From Nitrospinota bacterium (GTDB lineage: Bacteria; UBA8248): a DNA stretch of 47,312 bases. Positions 1 through 8,894 of this stretch are shown here, one piece after another. The stretch is from positions 1 to 47,312 of the forward strand of contig JASLZZ010000114.1 in the NCBI GenBank assembly GCA_030754595.1. Direction: 5' to 3'. The notes under the pieces were generated by a model. The model was not told where the DNA came from, ran no database searches, and worked only from the letters and a program-made list of their open reading frames with translations. Every line of letters begins with the position of its first letter. Positions within the stretch are counted from its first letter, which is position 1. A program made the position numbers and the translations under genes.

Positions 1-115
1 CTATCGCGTTGGATTGTGCGATGAATATCTAAAAATACTACTGACAGATAATAACTAAATAACTGTACTTTAGTTGTTTTTTTGAGGTTTCGGCTAAATT
101 TTGGGGGGATTGGGA

Positions 116-532
116 ATGAGAAACAAAAGGATATCTGATGAGGTTTGGAATGAGATCGCTAGTCAGGGGAAATTTGGTGAGACTGAAGATGATGTGTTGC
201 GTAGGATTTTTAAGCTGCCTGAGGTATCTAATGTGCTAAGTGGAGGTTCGGGTGATTTTGCTCATGTCCCTAGAATTAGAAGAGAGTACAAACGTAGTCC
301 AAATAAAACCACCTGTCCCTTAAGCGCGAGAGTGGAAGGGGGGCGTTTATTGGTTGAATTTCACAATGGTAAAGCCGAGAACTGGGATTTGCCTCCCAAG
401 GTTGATAAGCGGACCATCCGAAATGTAAGAGATCAAGCTGTTGAATTTGCTGAAATGAACGATGCAACTAAAGGCCAGCAATATGCTGTAATGAAAGCAT
501 TGACTGATGCTGGCTATCACTTGACGAAGTAG
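116..532 (+). CDS. Hypothetical protein with N-terminal ribbon-helix-helix (SeqA-N/CopG-like) DNA-binding motif
   Basis: ATG at 116 after a G-rich RBS; N-terminus [28 protein letters not shown] fits an RHH pattern; AT-rich relative to neighbours. Confidence 0.6.
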   Translation: MRNKRISDEVWNEIASQGKFGETEDDVLRRIFKLPEVSNVLSGGSGDFAHVPRIRREYKRSPNKTTCPLSARVEGGRLLVEFHNGKAENWDLPPKVDKRTIRNVRDQAVEFAEMNDATKGQQYAVMKALTDAGYHLTK

Positions 533-549
533 AAAATGGGAAATTACTT

Positions 550-1524
550 ATGCACGAAAAAAGCGGAGAAAAAGATTCCAGCCAAATTGAGGTTAGCGCC
601 GAGATCGACGGTGTATCGCTCCATCTGAGCCGCCCGGCCGAGGCCGTCAGGGAGTGGATCGGCCAGCGGGAGGCGCTCGATCAGCTCCAGGCTTGTTGGC
701 TGATCATGGCGGAGGAGGATCTTCCCCTCTCGCCCCGGATTACGGGGCCGCCCGGCATCGGCAAGACCACACTCGCCTCGGCCGCCGCCCGCGAGCGGGG
801 CCAGGAACTCTATATCTTCCAGGCGACGGCGGACACGCGACCCGAGGATCTGCTGGTGACGCCGGTCTTGGCCGAGTCGGGCCGGATCGCCTACCACGCC
901 TCCCCGCTGGTGACGGCCATGATCCGAGGCGGCATCTGCGTCATCGACGAGGGCAACCGCATGAGCGAGAAAAGCTGGGCCTCGCTCGCGCCGCTCCTCG
1001 ACCACCGCCGCTACGTTGAGTCCATCGTCGCGGGGACGACCGTCCCGGCCCACGCCGAGTTTCGCTGCTGTGTGACGATGAACGATGACGCCTCGACCTA
1101 CGAGGTGCCCGACTATATCCTCTCGCGCCTCCAGCCGACGCTGCCGATCGAGTTCCCGGACCGCGACGACGAAATGGCCATCCTGAACTACCACCTCCCC
1201 TTCGCGGGCGAGGAGATGCTCGCCATGACGGTGGAATTCCTCCAGGAGGCCCACGGCCTCGACCTCGACTACTCCCCGCGCGACGGCATCCACATCCTCC
1301 AGTACGCCCTGAAGCGGCTCGCGCAGGATCCCGCCCACCCCCTCGGCCGGGACGAGGCCTGGCGCGAGTCGCTCGAGAAGGTCCTGGGCGAGGAGGCCCT
1401 CGACCTGAACGCACTCGCCCGAAGGCGGCGCCAGGCGATGGGCGATGAGCCGCCCCCGATGAACTTCGGGGACATCTTCTTCGGGGATGACAGCCCCCTT
1501 CACCCCGATAGGGGCGATGGCTGA
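550..1524 (+). CDS. MoxR-type AAA+ ATPase
   Basis: Walker A GPPGIGKT, Walker [10 protein letters not shown](R)CCVTMN sensor strand; high-GC3 codon usage. Confidence 0.9.
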   Translation: MHEKSGEKDSSQIEVSAEIDGVSLHLSRPAEAVREWIGQREALDQLQACWLIMAEEDLPLSPRITGPPGIGKTTLASAAARERGQELYIFQATADTRPEDLLVTPVLAESGRIAYHASPLVTAMIRGGICVIDEGNRMSEKSWASLAPLLDHRRYVESIVAGTTVPAHAEFRCCVTMNDDASTYEVPDYILSRLQPTLPIEFPDRDDEMAILNYHLPFAGEEMLAMTVEFLQEAHGLDLDYSPRDGIHILQYALKRLAQDPAHPLGRDEAWRESLEKVLGEEALDLNALARRRRQAMGDEPPPMNFGDIFFGDDSPLHPDRGDG

Positions 1525-1527
1525 GCC

Positions 1528-3528
1528 GTGGCCGGCGCTGACTTTCTTTCGATCTCGCCGAGGATCTCCGTCCTCCCGGTGATCCACGGCTCCGGGGATT
1601 TCGCCGTCGAGGTGCGGGACCGCCTCCTGCGCCTCGAGCCTGACTGTCTCGCCCTCCCGTTCCCCCCCTCGTTCCAGGAGGCGGTCGAGGAGGGTGTTCT
1701 CGATCTGCCCGCCATCTCGATCGCCGCCGCCGAGGAGCCCGAGACTTACGGCTCGGGCGGCGGACCCGAAGTGCCCGGGGCATCCGAAGCGCCCGGGGCG
1801 TTCGGCGGAGATGACGCCGCCGAATACGAGGAGAGCGAACCTACCTGGGAGGCCGGGGAGGACAGCGGCCCGGACGGCGAAGGCCCGGCCTTTAACTTCG
1901 TTCCCGTCGATCCCTGCCAGCCCGTCATCGCCGCCCTGAGGACGGCGATGGAGGAGCGCATCCCCCGTGCCTTCGTGGACATCGAGGTCGAATCGTTCCG
2001 CCCCGAGTCCCAAATCCTCCCCGACCCCTACGCGCTGAAAAGAGTCTCGCTCGAGGCCTTCGCCGCCGCCCTGCTCACCTCGGCCCCCCGGCCCGAGCCG
2101 GGCAGCCAGCGCGAGGCCCGCGTCAGGGGGATGGCGGTCCGCCTACGGAGGCTTGAAGGGGAGGGCTACGGGAAAATCGCCTTCGTCTGCGCGGCGGTGG
2201 ACTGGCCCTGGGTGCGCCAAAGCTATCTCGAGGGAGAATCAGGGGCCGCCCCGGTTGGCGTAGCCGATCTCGATGAAGGGATTTTCCCGCCCGCCCCCCG
2301 CCGCTATCCCGTCGAGGCCTCGACGCTCACCTTCGTCCTGGGCGAGCTTCCCTTCATCACCGCCCTCTACGAGCGGCGGCGCGAGGAGCTTCGCGGCGAC
2401 CGCAACCTCTCGATCGACGGGGTGAAGGAGTTGCTCCTCGAGGCTCGCACCGAGTGGCTCCGCGAGTACGAGCCCGTACTCAACTGGGTCACCCCCCAGC
2501 GGCTGCAGATACTTCTCCAGTATGTCCGCAACCTCACCCTCCAGGCGAGCCGCCTCACCCCCGATCTGTTCACCCTCGTCCTCGCCGCCAAGCAGATCGC
2601 CGGCGACGCCTTCGCGCTCACCCTCGCCGAAACGGCCCGGAAGTATCCCTATCAGGAGGAAGATGGCGGCCCCGGTAAAGTGCGCGCCGGTATCGGCGAG
2701 GCCGAATTCCCCGACGGCGGCGTAGGTGAAATCAAGAACCGCCTCGGCGGCTCCGAGGTCGTCTGGCGGCCCATCTCCCTAAAGCCGCGGGCCCCCCAGT
2801 ACAGGAAACGCCAGTGGCGGCAGCGGTGGAACCCGTTCACCCAGTGCTCCTGGCCGCCCGAGGACACCAAGATCGAGAGTTTTCACACTCATGTGCGTGA
2901 TCAGGCGAAGGCCCTCCTCGGCCAGGACCTCGCCCGCAGCGAAAAATTCACCACCTCGATCATGGACGGCCTCGACATCAGGGAGACCCTGCGCAGCTGG
3001 CACACCGGCGATCTCTACGTCAAGGAAATCCCCCCCGCGCGGGGGAATTTGGAGGTCGTCGTCTTCCTGTTCGACACCCCGGCCGACCCGGACAGGTACG
3101 CCTGGCGGACGATGTGGTTCGCCGAGCACGACGAGGAGTCCACCCTCTGCATGTACGCCACCCCCTTCGAGGAGAACGTCATCGGCCCCGGCGTCGCGCA
3201 GTCCACCTACGGCGGGGCGTTTTTCATCTTCCCTCCGCGTTTCATCGACGATGTCTGGCGCGACCCGCGCTTTGATTACGCGAGGACGCTCGAGGAGCGC
3301 CTCATCGCCGGCGCCTGTTTTCACTCGCGCGAGCGCGTCGTCGCCCTCGTCAACCCCGGCCCCCCCCCGGCGAGCTGGCGGCGGATCGCCCGGCTCAACC
3401 GCAAGCATCTGGTCCACATCCCCCTCGGGCGCTTTTCGCGCGAGACCGTCGAGCGCATCCGGCGCTTTCACGTCCTGAACGGCCGGGAGGTCCGCTCCTA
3501 CGCCTCCAGGTTCATTCAGGACGTATGA
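1528..3528 (+). CDS. Large hypothetical protein, probable partner of the MoxR ATPase
   Basis: 666-aa ORF starting 3 nt after the ATPase stop; strong codon bias; acidic low-complexity insert near 1740-1890. Confidence 0.8.
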   Translation: MAGADFLSISPRISVLPVIHGSGDFAVEVRDRLLRLEPDCLALPFPPSFQEAVEEGVLDLPAISIAAAEEPETYGSGGGPEVPGASEAPGAFGGDDAAEYEESEPTWEAGEDSGPDGEGPAFNFVPVDPCQPVIAALRTAMEERIPRAFVDIEVESFRPESQILPDPYALKRVSLEAFAAALLTSAPRPEPGSQREARVRGMAVRLRRLEGEGYGKIAFVCAAVDWPWVRQSYLEGESGAAPVGVADLDEGIFPPAPRRYPVEASTLTFVLGELPFITALYERRREELRGDRNLSIDGVKELLLEARTEWLREYEPVLNWVTPQRLQILLQYVRNLTLQASRLTPDLFTLVLAAKQIAGDAFALTLAETARKYPYQEEDGGPGKVRAGIGEAEFPDGGVGEIKNRLGGSEVVWRPISLKPRAPQYRKRQWRQRWNPFTQCSWPPEDTKIESFHTHVRDQAKALLGQDLARSEKFTTSIMDGLDIRETLRSWHTGDLYVKEIPPARGNLEVVVFLFDTPADPDRYAWRTMWFAEHDEESTLCMYATPFEENVIGPGVAQSTYGGAFFIFPPRFIDDVWRDPRFDYARTLEERLIAGACFHSRERVVALVNPGPPPASWRRIARLNRKHLVHIPLGRFSRETVERIRRFHVLNGREVRSYASRFIQDV

Positions 3529-3541
3529 GGGGCCGCGTCTC

Positions 3542-4003
3542 GTGAAACCGATAGCGCTGGATAACATCTCCGGCCTTAAAAACCGCTTCAACGCGGACCG
3601 GGGCCGCCCGCGCCTGATCGTCATCTTCTCGCCCACCTGAGGCCTCTGCCTCGAGGGCGCCCGTTGGGTTGACCGAAACATCTTGAAAAACGGCGCGGGC
3701 TCTGAACTCAAGGTCTACGCCGTCTGGGTCAGGCGGCTCAAAAGAGACGCCCCGGGCCACATCGACCCCGCCATATTCGGTCACCCGGCGGCGAGCGTAT
3801 TCTGGGACGGGGACCAGATCGCCGGAAAATTTTTCGCCGCCGCCGAGGGGTTTCACTCCCCCGTCGCTTGGGATTCCTATTATCTCTACGGCCCCAAGGT
3901 CCGCTGGCGGGCGATGGCCGCGCCGATCACGGCCTCGGGTTTTCCGGTCATGAATTTCCGGCGGGATTTGAGGCGGTTCGTGCGGGGGATGGCGGAGGGG
4001 TGA
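3542..4003 (+). CDS. Candidate selenoprotein, thioredoxin-like fold (SPT-U-GLC)
   Basis: GTG 3542 with GAGGGG RBS; reads MKPIALDNISGLKNRFNADRGRPRLIVIFSPT[TGA 3638-3640]GLCLEGARW and continues in frame into ORF 3683..4003. Confidence 0.8.
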
Positions 4004-4114
4004 TTAGAGATAGTCAAGAGCTGAGGTGATGCAGTCTGTGATAGAGTGTATCGGTCAAGACTTTTTCGCTTCGATAGATAATCAGGGTGATTGAATTCGA
4101 TAGGAGCTTTTCAA

Positions 4115-4453
4115 ATGACCATAGACGAGTTAACCACCCGGTTTCCGGAGATTCCGGCGGATTTGAAGGATGAACCCCTGCTGGCGGAATTCGCCGAGGC
4201 GTTCGGGCCTCAACTGGCGATAGCCGAAAAGCCCGTCGCCTGCACCGTCGAGCAGTCGGCGGGCAACGCGTTTTACATGAAGCTGATCAACCTGATCGGA
4301 ATCTACGCGATCGGGCTCGCGAAGCGGGAGGCGGTGCTCGGCCAGATACAGGCGCTAGTGGAGGGTTTCAGGGCCGACCCCGAGGGCTATGCCGCCTCGC
4401 TGCTTCCCGGGAGCGTTTCTCCCGTGCAGGTGCGGGGTCACGGCTGCGAATAG
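4115..4453 (+). CDS. Hypothetical protein (112 aa, C-terminal GCE)
   Basis: AGGAG RBS at 4102-4106, ATG 4115, coding-like codon usage, followed by a terminator. Confidence 0.75.
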   Translation: MTIDELTTRFPEIPADLKDEPLLAEFAEAFGPQLAIAEKPVACTVEQSAGNAFYMKLINLIGIYAIGLAKREAVLGQIQALVEGFRADPEGYAASLLPGSVSPVQVRGHGCE

Positions 4454-4467
4454 CAGACGTTTGACTG

Positions 4468-4518
4468 AAAAAAGGGATGGCCTCGGGCTGCCCCTTTTTT
4501 GGGCTGTCCCTTTTTTTT
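4468..4518. terminator. Bidirectional intrinsic terminator
   Basis: A6-GGGATGGCCT...GGGCTGTCCC-T8 stem between convergent genes. Confidence 0.8.
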
Positions 4519-4544
4519 GCGCGGACCCCCGGTCGGGGGCGGAC

Positions 4545-5048
4545 TCAGCCGCCGTAGAAAACGGTGTCGCCCAGATCCTTGAGCCATAGGGTGGCGTCGT
4601 CGGCCCGGCCCTCGGGCTCTGTTCTGACGCCGGCGCCGGTCACCTCGCCGACGAAGATGGAGTGATCTCCGTTCTCGACGGTCTCGGCCAGTTTGCACTC
4701 CACCCAGGCCGAGCAGGAAAGAAGAAGCGGCGCGCCCGCAGGGCCCTTTTCGAAGGCCTCGCCGCCGATGCTGTCGCCATCGCGCTCAAGGGGCTTGAAG
4801 AAGGTGAAGGCCGCGCCCTGCTGGTCCTTGCCGAGGAAGTTGAGGGCGAAGACGCCGGCTTCCTTGATGGTGGCGTGAACGCCTGAGTCGGCCTTCACCC
4901 CGAGGGCGACGAGTGGAGGGGCGAAGGAGGCCTGGGTCGCCCAGTTGACGGTGGCGGCTGCGACGGCGCCATCCCCGCCCTCGGCGGTGAGGACGTAGAG
5001 ACCGTAGGGGATCATCCTGAGAGCGGTTTTCTTCGCGGCATCGTCCAC
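4545..5048 (-). CDS. Flavin reductase family protein
   Basis: IPYGLYVLT, QASFAPPLV, GDHSIFVGEV motifs. Confidence 0.9.
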   Translation of the reverse strand: MDDAAKKTALRMIPYGLYVLTAEGGDGAVAAATVNWATQASFAPPLVALGVKADSGVHATIKEAGVFALNFLGKDQQGAAFTFFKPLERDGDSIGGEAFEKGPAGAPLLLSCSAWVECKLAETVENGDHSIFVGEVTGAGVRTEPEGRADDATLWLKDLGDTVFYGG

Positions 5049-5295
5049 GATTGCGACTCCTCTTTTTCGGTAAAGTGCAGGAAAAATCGAAACCGGATCG
5101 TTTTTTTTGGGGCGGGCCTACGATACCCGTTTTTCGGGCGCCGATCCATTCATCGCGCGCGGGCGCTCCGCGCCGGGACGGAGTAACCCTGTTCGGGCAC
5201 GGATTGCTCCCCCCGGCACGGATTGCCCTGTCAGACAGGCGGTGCGAAAATCCGGGCACGCGAAAATCGCGGGGGAGTTAGAAAGGGGACTTTCG

Positions 5296-6264
5296 GTGGC
5301 CAGAGCGCACGAGATACCAAGACGGCTCCTTGTCGCGGTCGGCGGCAACGCCACTCACCCGCCCGAGATCAAGGGGACGGCCGGGGAGCAGGCGGCCATC
5401 GCCGCTGCGACGGGCAGGGCGCTGCTCCCGCTGATGGCGTGCGACACCGAACTCATCGTCACCCACGGGAACGGCCCGGTGGTCGGGAAGATTCTGATGC
5501 GCCAGGCGCTCTCGGGGGCGCGGGTGACGCCGATGACGCTCGATATATGCGTCGCCCACAGCCAGGGAGGAATTGCCTACTTGCTCATGCAGGCGTTCGA
5601 GAACGCGTTGCGCGAGGCGGGGAACGCGAGGCACGTGGTCTGCCTGCTCACCCAGGTCGAGGTGGACTCCGATGACCCGGCCTTCGGGAATCCCGAGAAG
5701 TTCGTTGGCTACGCCTACAGTGAGGAGGAGGCGCGCGCCTTCGAGCGCGAGATGGGCTGGACGATGCGGGAGGATCCGGGCCGGGGCTGGCGCCATGTGG
5801 TGCCCTCGCCCGAGCCGAGGCACATCGTCGATATTTCGCTGATCCGGGCGCTGGCCGAGCGCGGGGCGGTGGTCATCGCGGGCGGAGGCGGGGGGATTCC
5901 GGTCGCCCGCGAGGGGAGCGGGATGCGCCGCGGGGTCGAGGCGGTGATCGACAAGGACTTGACCTCGGCGCTGATGGCGAACGTCCTGGGGATCGAGGAT
6001 ATGCTGATCCTGACGGCGGTGCCGAGGGTGGCGGTTCATTTCGGGACGCCGGAGCAGCGGCAACTGGACGAGGTTTCGCTCAAGGAGCTGAAAAAATACC
6101 AGGAGGCGGGGCATTTTCCGCCCGGCAGCATGGGCCCCAAGATCGAGGCGGCGATTCGCTTCATCGAGGGCGGGGGCCGGCGGGTCTGGATCACGAATCT
6201 CGAGGAAGCGCTTCCCGCGCTGAGGGGAGAGGCGGGGACGCTGATACATGCGGACGATGGCTGA
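5296..6264 (+). CDS. arcC: Carbamate kinase
   Basis: VAVGGNA, THGNGP, GGGGIPV, GVEAVIDKD, GSMGPK motifs; start placed at GTG 5296 after AAGGGG. Confidence 0.93.
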   Translation: MARAHEIPRRLLVAVGGNATHPPEIKGTAGEQAAIAAATGRALLPLMACDTELIVTHGNGPVVGKILMRQALSGARVTPMTLDICVAHSQGGIAYLLMQAFENALREAGNARHVVCLLTQVEVDSDDPAFGNPEKFVGYAYSEEEARAFEREMGWTMREDPGRGWRHVVPSPEPRHIVDISLIRALAERGAVVIAGGGGGIPVAREGSGMRRGVEAVIDKDLTSALMANVLGIEDMLILTAVPRVAVHFGTPEQRQLDEVSLKELKKYQEAGHFPPGSMGPKIEAAIRFIEGGGRRVWITNLEEALPALRGEAGTLIHADDG

Positions 6265-7399
6265 GATAAAAAGCGCGGAGCCGGGAGTCACGGGCCCGGC
6301 CTGTGTTCCGGAGTCCTATACTTTTCCGGTGACTCTGATGGGCGGGGGCGCCCGGAGGGCGCTCGGGCTGGTATCCAGTACAGCCAGTGCGGCTGGCGCG
6401 GCCGGCATCGAGGGCCGGGTGCTCGCGGTGTTTCGCCGGAGCTTTTATCTGGAGATGGGCGGAGGGAGCGCGGGTAAAGAAGGCGCTCTTGTCTGCATGG
6501 GGCCGGCCTGGATCGGGCCGGGGCCGCTGAACGCGATCTGCGCGCTGCCGGAGGGAATGGACTGGCGGGCGTCGGGTCTCGCGGAGGGGGGCCGGGCGAG
6601 TTGTTGGAGAGAGCTCCTCTGCGCCGGGCAGTTTTCGTTTTCGTGCGCGGGGGCGGCTAACTGGCGGCCTGCGCCGCCGGGCCTGGATTTCGACAATGCT
6701 CCTGCGATTCGGGCGGCGCTAGAGGCGATGGCCCGGAAGGGCGGGTGCCTTGCGCCCGAGGAAGGGCTGGGGCGGCTGATCCCGGCGCTGGCGCGTGGCG
6801 AACCGGCGCGGTGCGAACCGGACGCCCTGGATAGGCGCGGCGGGAAGGACCAGGTAATGCGGTCTGGATCGCGGGGGGCCGGGGCGCTGATGCGATGGAT
6901 TCGCGAGATGGTGCGGGCCGAGTTGTCCCTGTTCGAGACGGCGCCGACCGGGTTGTCCCTGTCCGAGCCACCGGAAGCGGCGGCGGGGCTCATCGGCCTG
7001 GGGCCGGGACTCACGCCTTCGGGGGATGACTTCATCGGCGGGGCGATGATCGCGCTCAGGACGATGGGGCGCGGGCGGGAGGCAGACCGGCTGGCTGCCT
7101 GGGCGCTTCCCCTTGCCGAGAGCGGCACCGGCCGCATCAGCCGGGCGCATCTCGAGTGCGCCGCGCGGGGAGAGGGCGCGGGGGCGCTCCACCGGGTCAT
7201 GGAGACGATCCCGGGGATGTCCCTCCGCACCGGGGGAGACATCGCGGCCTCACTCGCCGCCATCGACGCTGTCGGCCACACCTCGGGGTGGGACGCCCTG
7301 GCGGGAGTGGTAGGCGCGATAGCCGCCGTTTGCGGCGATTTCTCTCAATACGATGATCGGGAAAAGAACGGCGTTCGGGATAAGGAGCAAGAGTGGTGA
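6257..7399 (+). CDS. DUF2877 (YlbF/AllH-like) protein
   Basis: GLGPGLTPSGDD and GHTSG motifs; overlaps the carbamate kinase stop. Confidence 0.85.
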   Translation: MAEIKSAEPGVTGPACVPESYTFPVTLMGGGARRALGLVSSTASAAGAAGIEGRVLAVFRRSFYLEMGGGSAGKEGALVCMGPAWIGPGPLNAICALPEGMDWRASGLAEGGRASCWRELLCAGQFSFSCAGAANWRPAPPGLDFDNAPAIRAALEAMARKGGCLAPEEGLGRLIPALARGEPARCEPDALDRRGGKDQVMRSGSRGAGALMRWIREMVRAELSLFETAPTGLSLSEPPEAAAGLIGLGPGLTPSGDDFIGGAMIALRTMGRGREADRLAAWALPLAESGTGRISRAHLECAARGEGAGALHRVMETIPGMSLRTGGDIAASLAAIDAVGHTSGWDALAGVVGAIAAVCGDFSQYDDREKNGVRDKEQEW

Positions 7400-7595
7400 G
7401 CCGAATCGCCGTGGTGGGCGCGGGAGCGCACGGATTTTAATGCGCGATGCCCGCCGGGGAGCTACATTACCCAAAGTAATGTTTTTTTTGAACGAGATGA
7501 TTCCCAGGCTCCGCCCGCGTTTTTCCGGCACCGGCTTTTTCCCCGGCTCTCGAAAAGGTTGCCCGGTTCCCGACAATGTTCAAGGAGGAAGAATC

Positions 7596-8009
7596 ATGGC
7601 AGACAAAGTCCGGCAGGTGGACTACTACTACCTCAGAACTCCCGACAGGCCCGGCTCCGGCGAAAAAATCCTCAACATTTTTAAGAAAGAGCGCGTCAGC
7701 TTCACCGCCGTTCACGCCTTTCCGATCGGAAAGACGATCCAGGTGGACCTCGTTCCCAAGGACGGGCGCAAATTCCTGCGCGTCGCCAGAAAGGCGAAGA
7801 TGCGCCTGAGCCAGAAGAAAAAAGCCTTCGTCGCCGAGGGCGGCGATCGCGCGGGGGGGCTTGTCTCGGTCCTCGATAAAATCTCCGCCGAGGGAATCAA
7901 CGTCACCGCCGTCACCGGCCTCGCCGCCGGCAAGGGACGCTACGGCGCTATCTTCTGGGTCAAGCCCGGCGACTACCGAAGGGCGGCTAAGGCGCTGGAC
8001 GCCAAATAA
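7596..8009 (+). CDS. Tandem ACT-domain-like protein
   Basis: AGGAGG RBS, ATG 7596; PDRPG and DRAGGL...GINV ACT-like repeats. Confidence 0.75.
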   Translation: MADKVRQVDYYYLRTPDRPGSGEKILNIFKKERVSFTAVHAFPIGKTIQVDLVPKDGRKFLRVARKAKMRLSQKKKAFVAEGGDRAGGLVSVLDKISAEGINVTAVTGLAAGKGRYGAIFWVKPGDYRRAAKALDAK

Positions 8010-8056
8010 ATCCGGATGTGGGATAGAGAAACGGCGGAACGCCCTCAGGGAGCGGC

Positions 8057-8557
8057 TTAACCGTTTAGCGGAATCTCCATGAAGATCGCGCCGGGGGGTG
8101 GTCCCTTCCCGTAGGGCGGAATTTCGCGGAACCCCATCGAGAGGTAAAGGTCAGCCGCCGCCCGCATGGAGGGCAGGGTGTCCAGCCGCACGGCCCCGAA
8201 TCCGGCCCCTCCGGCTTCCCGGATGACGGTTTCGGCCAGCGCGCGGCCCACCTTCCGGCCCCGAAATGGGGGGCGCACATAGAGGCGCTTCATTTCGCCG
8301 GCGCCGTCTCCCAGCGGGCGCAGCGCCGCGCACCCGGCCGCCTCCCCGCCGACCGAGGCGATCCACAACCACCCCCCCGGCAGGCTGTAGTTTTCCGAAA
8401 CTCCGGCGAGTTCGGCCTCCAGGTCCCGGATGCATCGGTCCACCTCGGGCGTTTCAGCGTATTCCGCGATCAACTCTCGGGCCAGAGCGAAATCCTCGGC
8501 CGAGTCGGCGAGGGCGATCTCCACCCTTTGGGTGTCCCCTAACAGTGTGTCGGTCAT
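8057..8557 (-). CDS. GNAT family N-acetyltransferase
   Basis: EMKRLYV.P.FRG..VGRAL, LDTLPSM..A..LY..GF motifs; start ATG 8557. Confidence 0.92.
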   Translation of the reverse strand: MTDTLLGDTQRVEIALADSAEDFALARELIAEYAETPEVDRCIRDLEAELAGVSENYSLPGGWLWIASVGGEAAGCAALRPLGDGAGEMKRLYVRPPFRGRKVGRALAETVIREAGGAGFGAVRLDTLPSMRAAADLYLSMGFREIPPYGKGPPPGAIFMEIPLNG

Positions 8558-8790
8558 TCGTCCGCTTCCCGGCGGTTCCCGGCCGCCTCTTCTCCGGTGG
8601 GGTGCCCGTCGCGCTTCCACCAGTCCAGCCCGCCCATCTACTCCCTCACCCTGAAGCCGAGACCGGTCATGTTGAGCGCTCCCTTCGTCGAGGTATTGTA
8701 CCGATATCGTAGCAGTAGGTGACGATAAGAGATTCCCGGCCGGGAGTCGAGGCCGTCTCGTGGCTCATCTCACGGTAGGGGAAAACAAGG
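8554..8790 (-). pseudogene. Rhodanese-domain gene remnant
   Basis: FPYREMSHE..LIVTYC..IG, frameshift near 8701, NTSTKGALNMTGLGFRVRE[TAG 8638-8640]MGGLDWWKRDG; its TGA overlaps the GNAT ATG. Confidence 0.75.
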
Positions 8791-8894
8791 CCGAAATTTG
8801 CTAAATGTGGAGCGTCGCCGCATAATTCCGGGTTCTTCTTCCGCCCGCGGTTGAAGTTTGTGGGTTACTCTTTGTTGAAAGGACACCTTTAGGC

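Noticed and set aside
544..2013. Long antisense or alternative-frame ORFs (also 15438..17393, 21574..23082, 28432..29835, 46182..47279, 46277..47305)
   Set aside because: Shadow ORFs of high-GC genes; they overlap well-supported CDSs and carry no recognisable motifs
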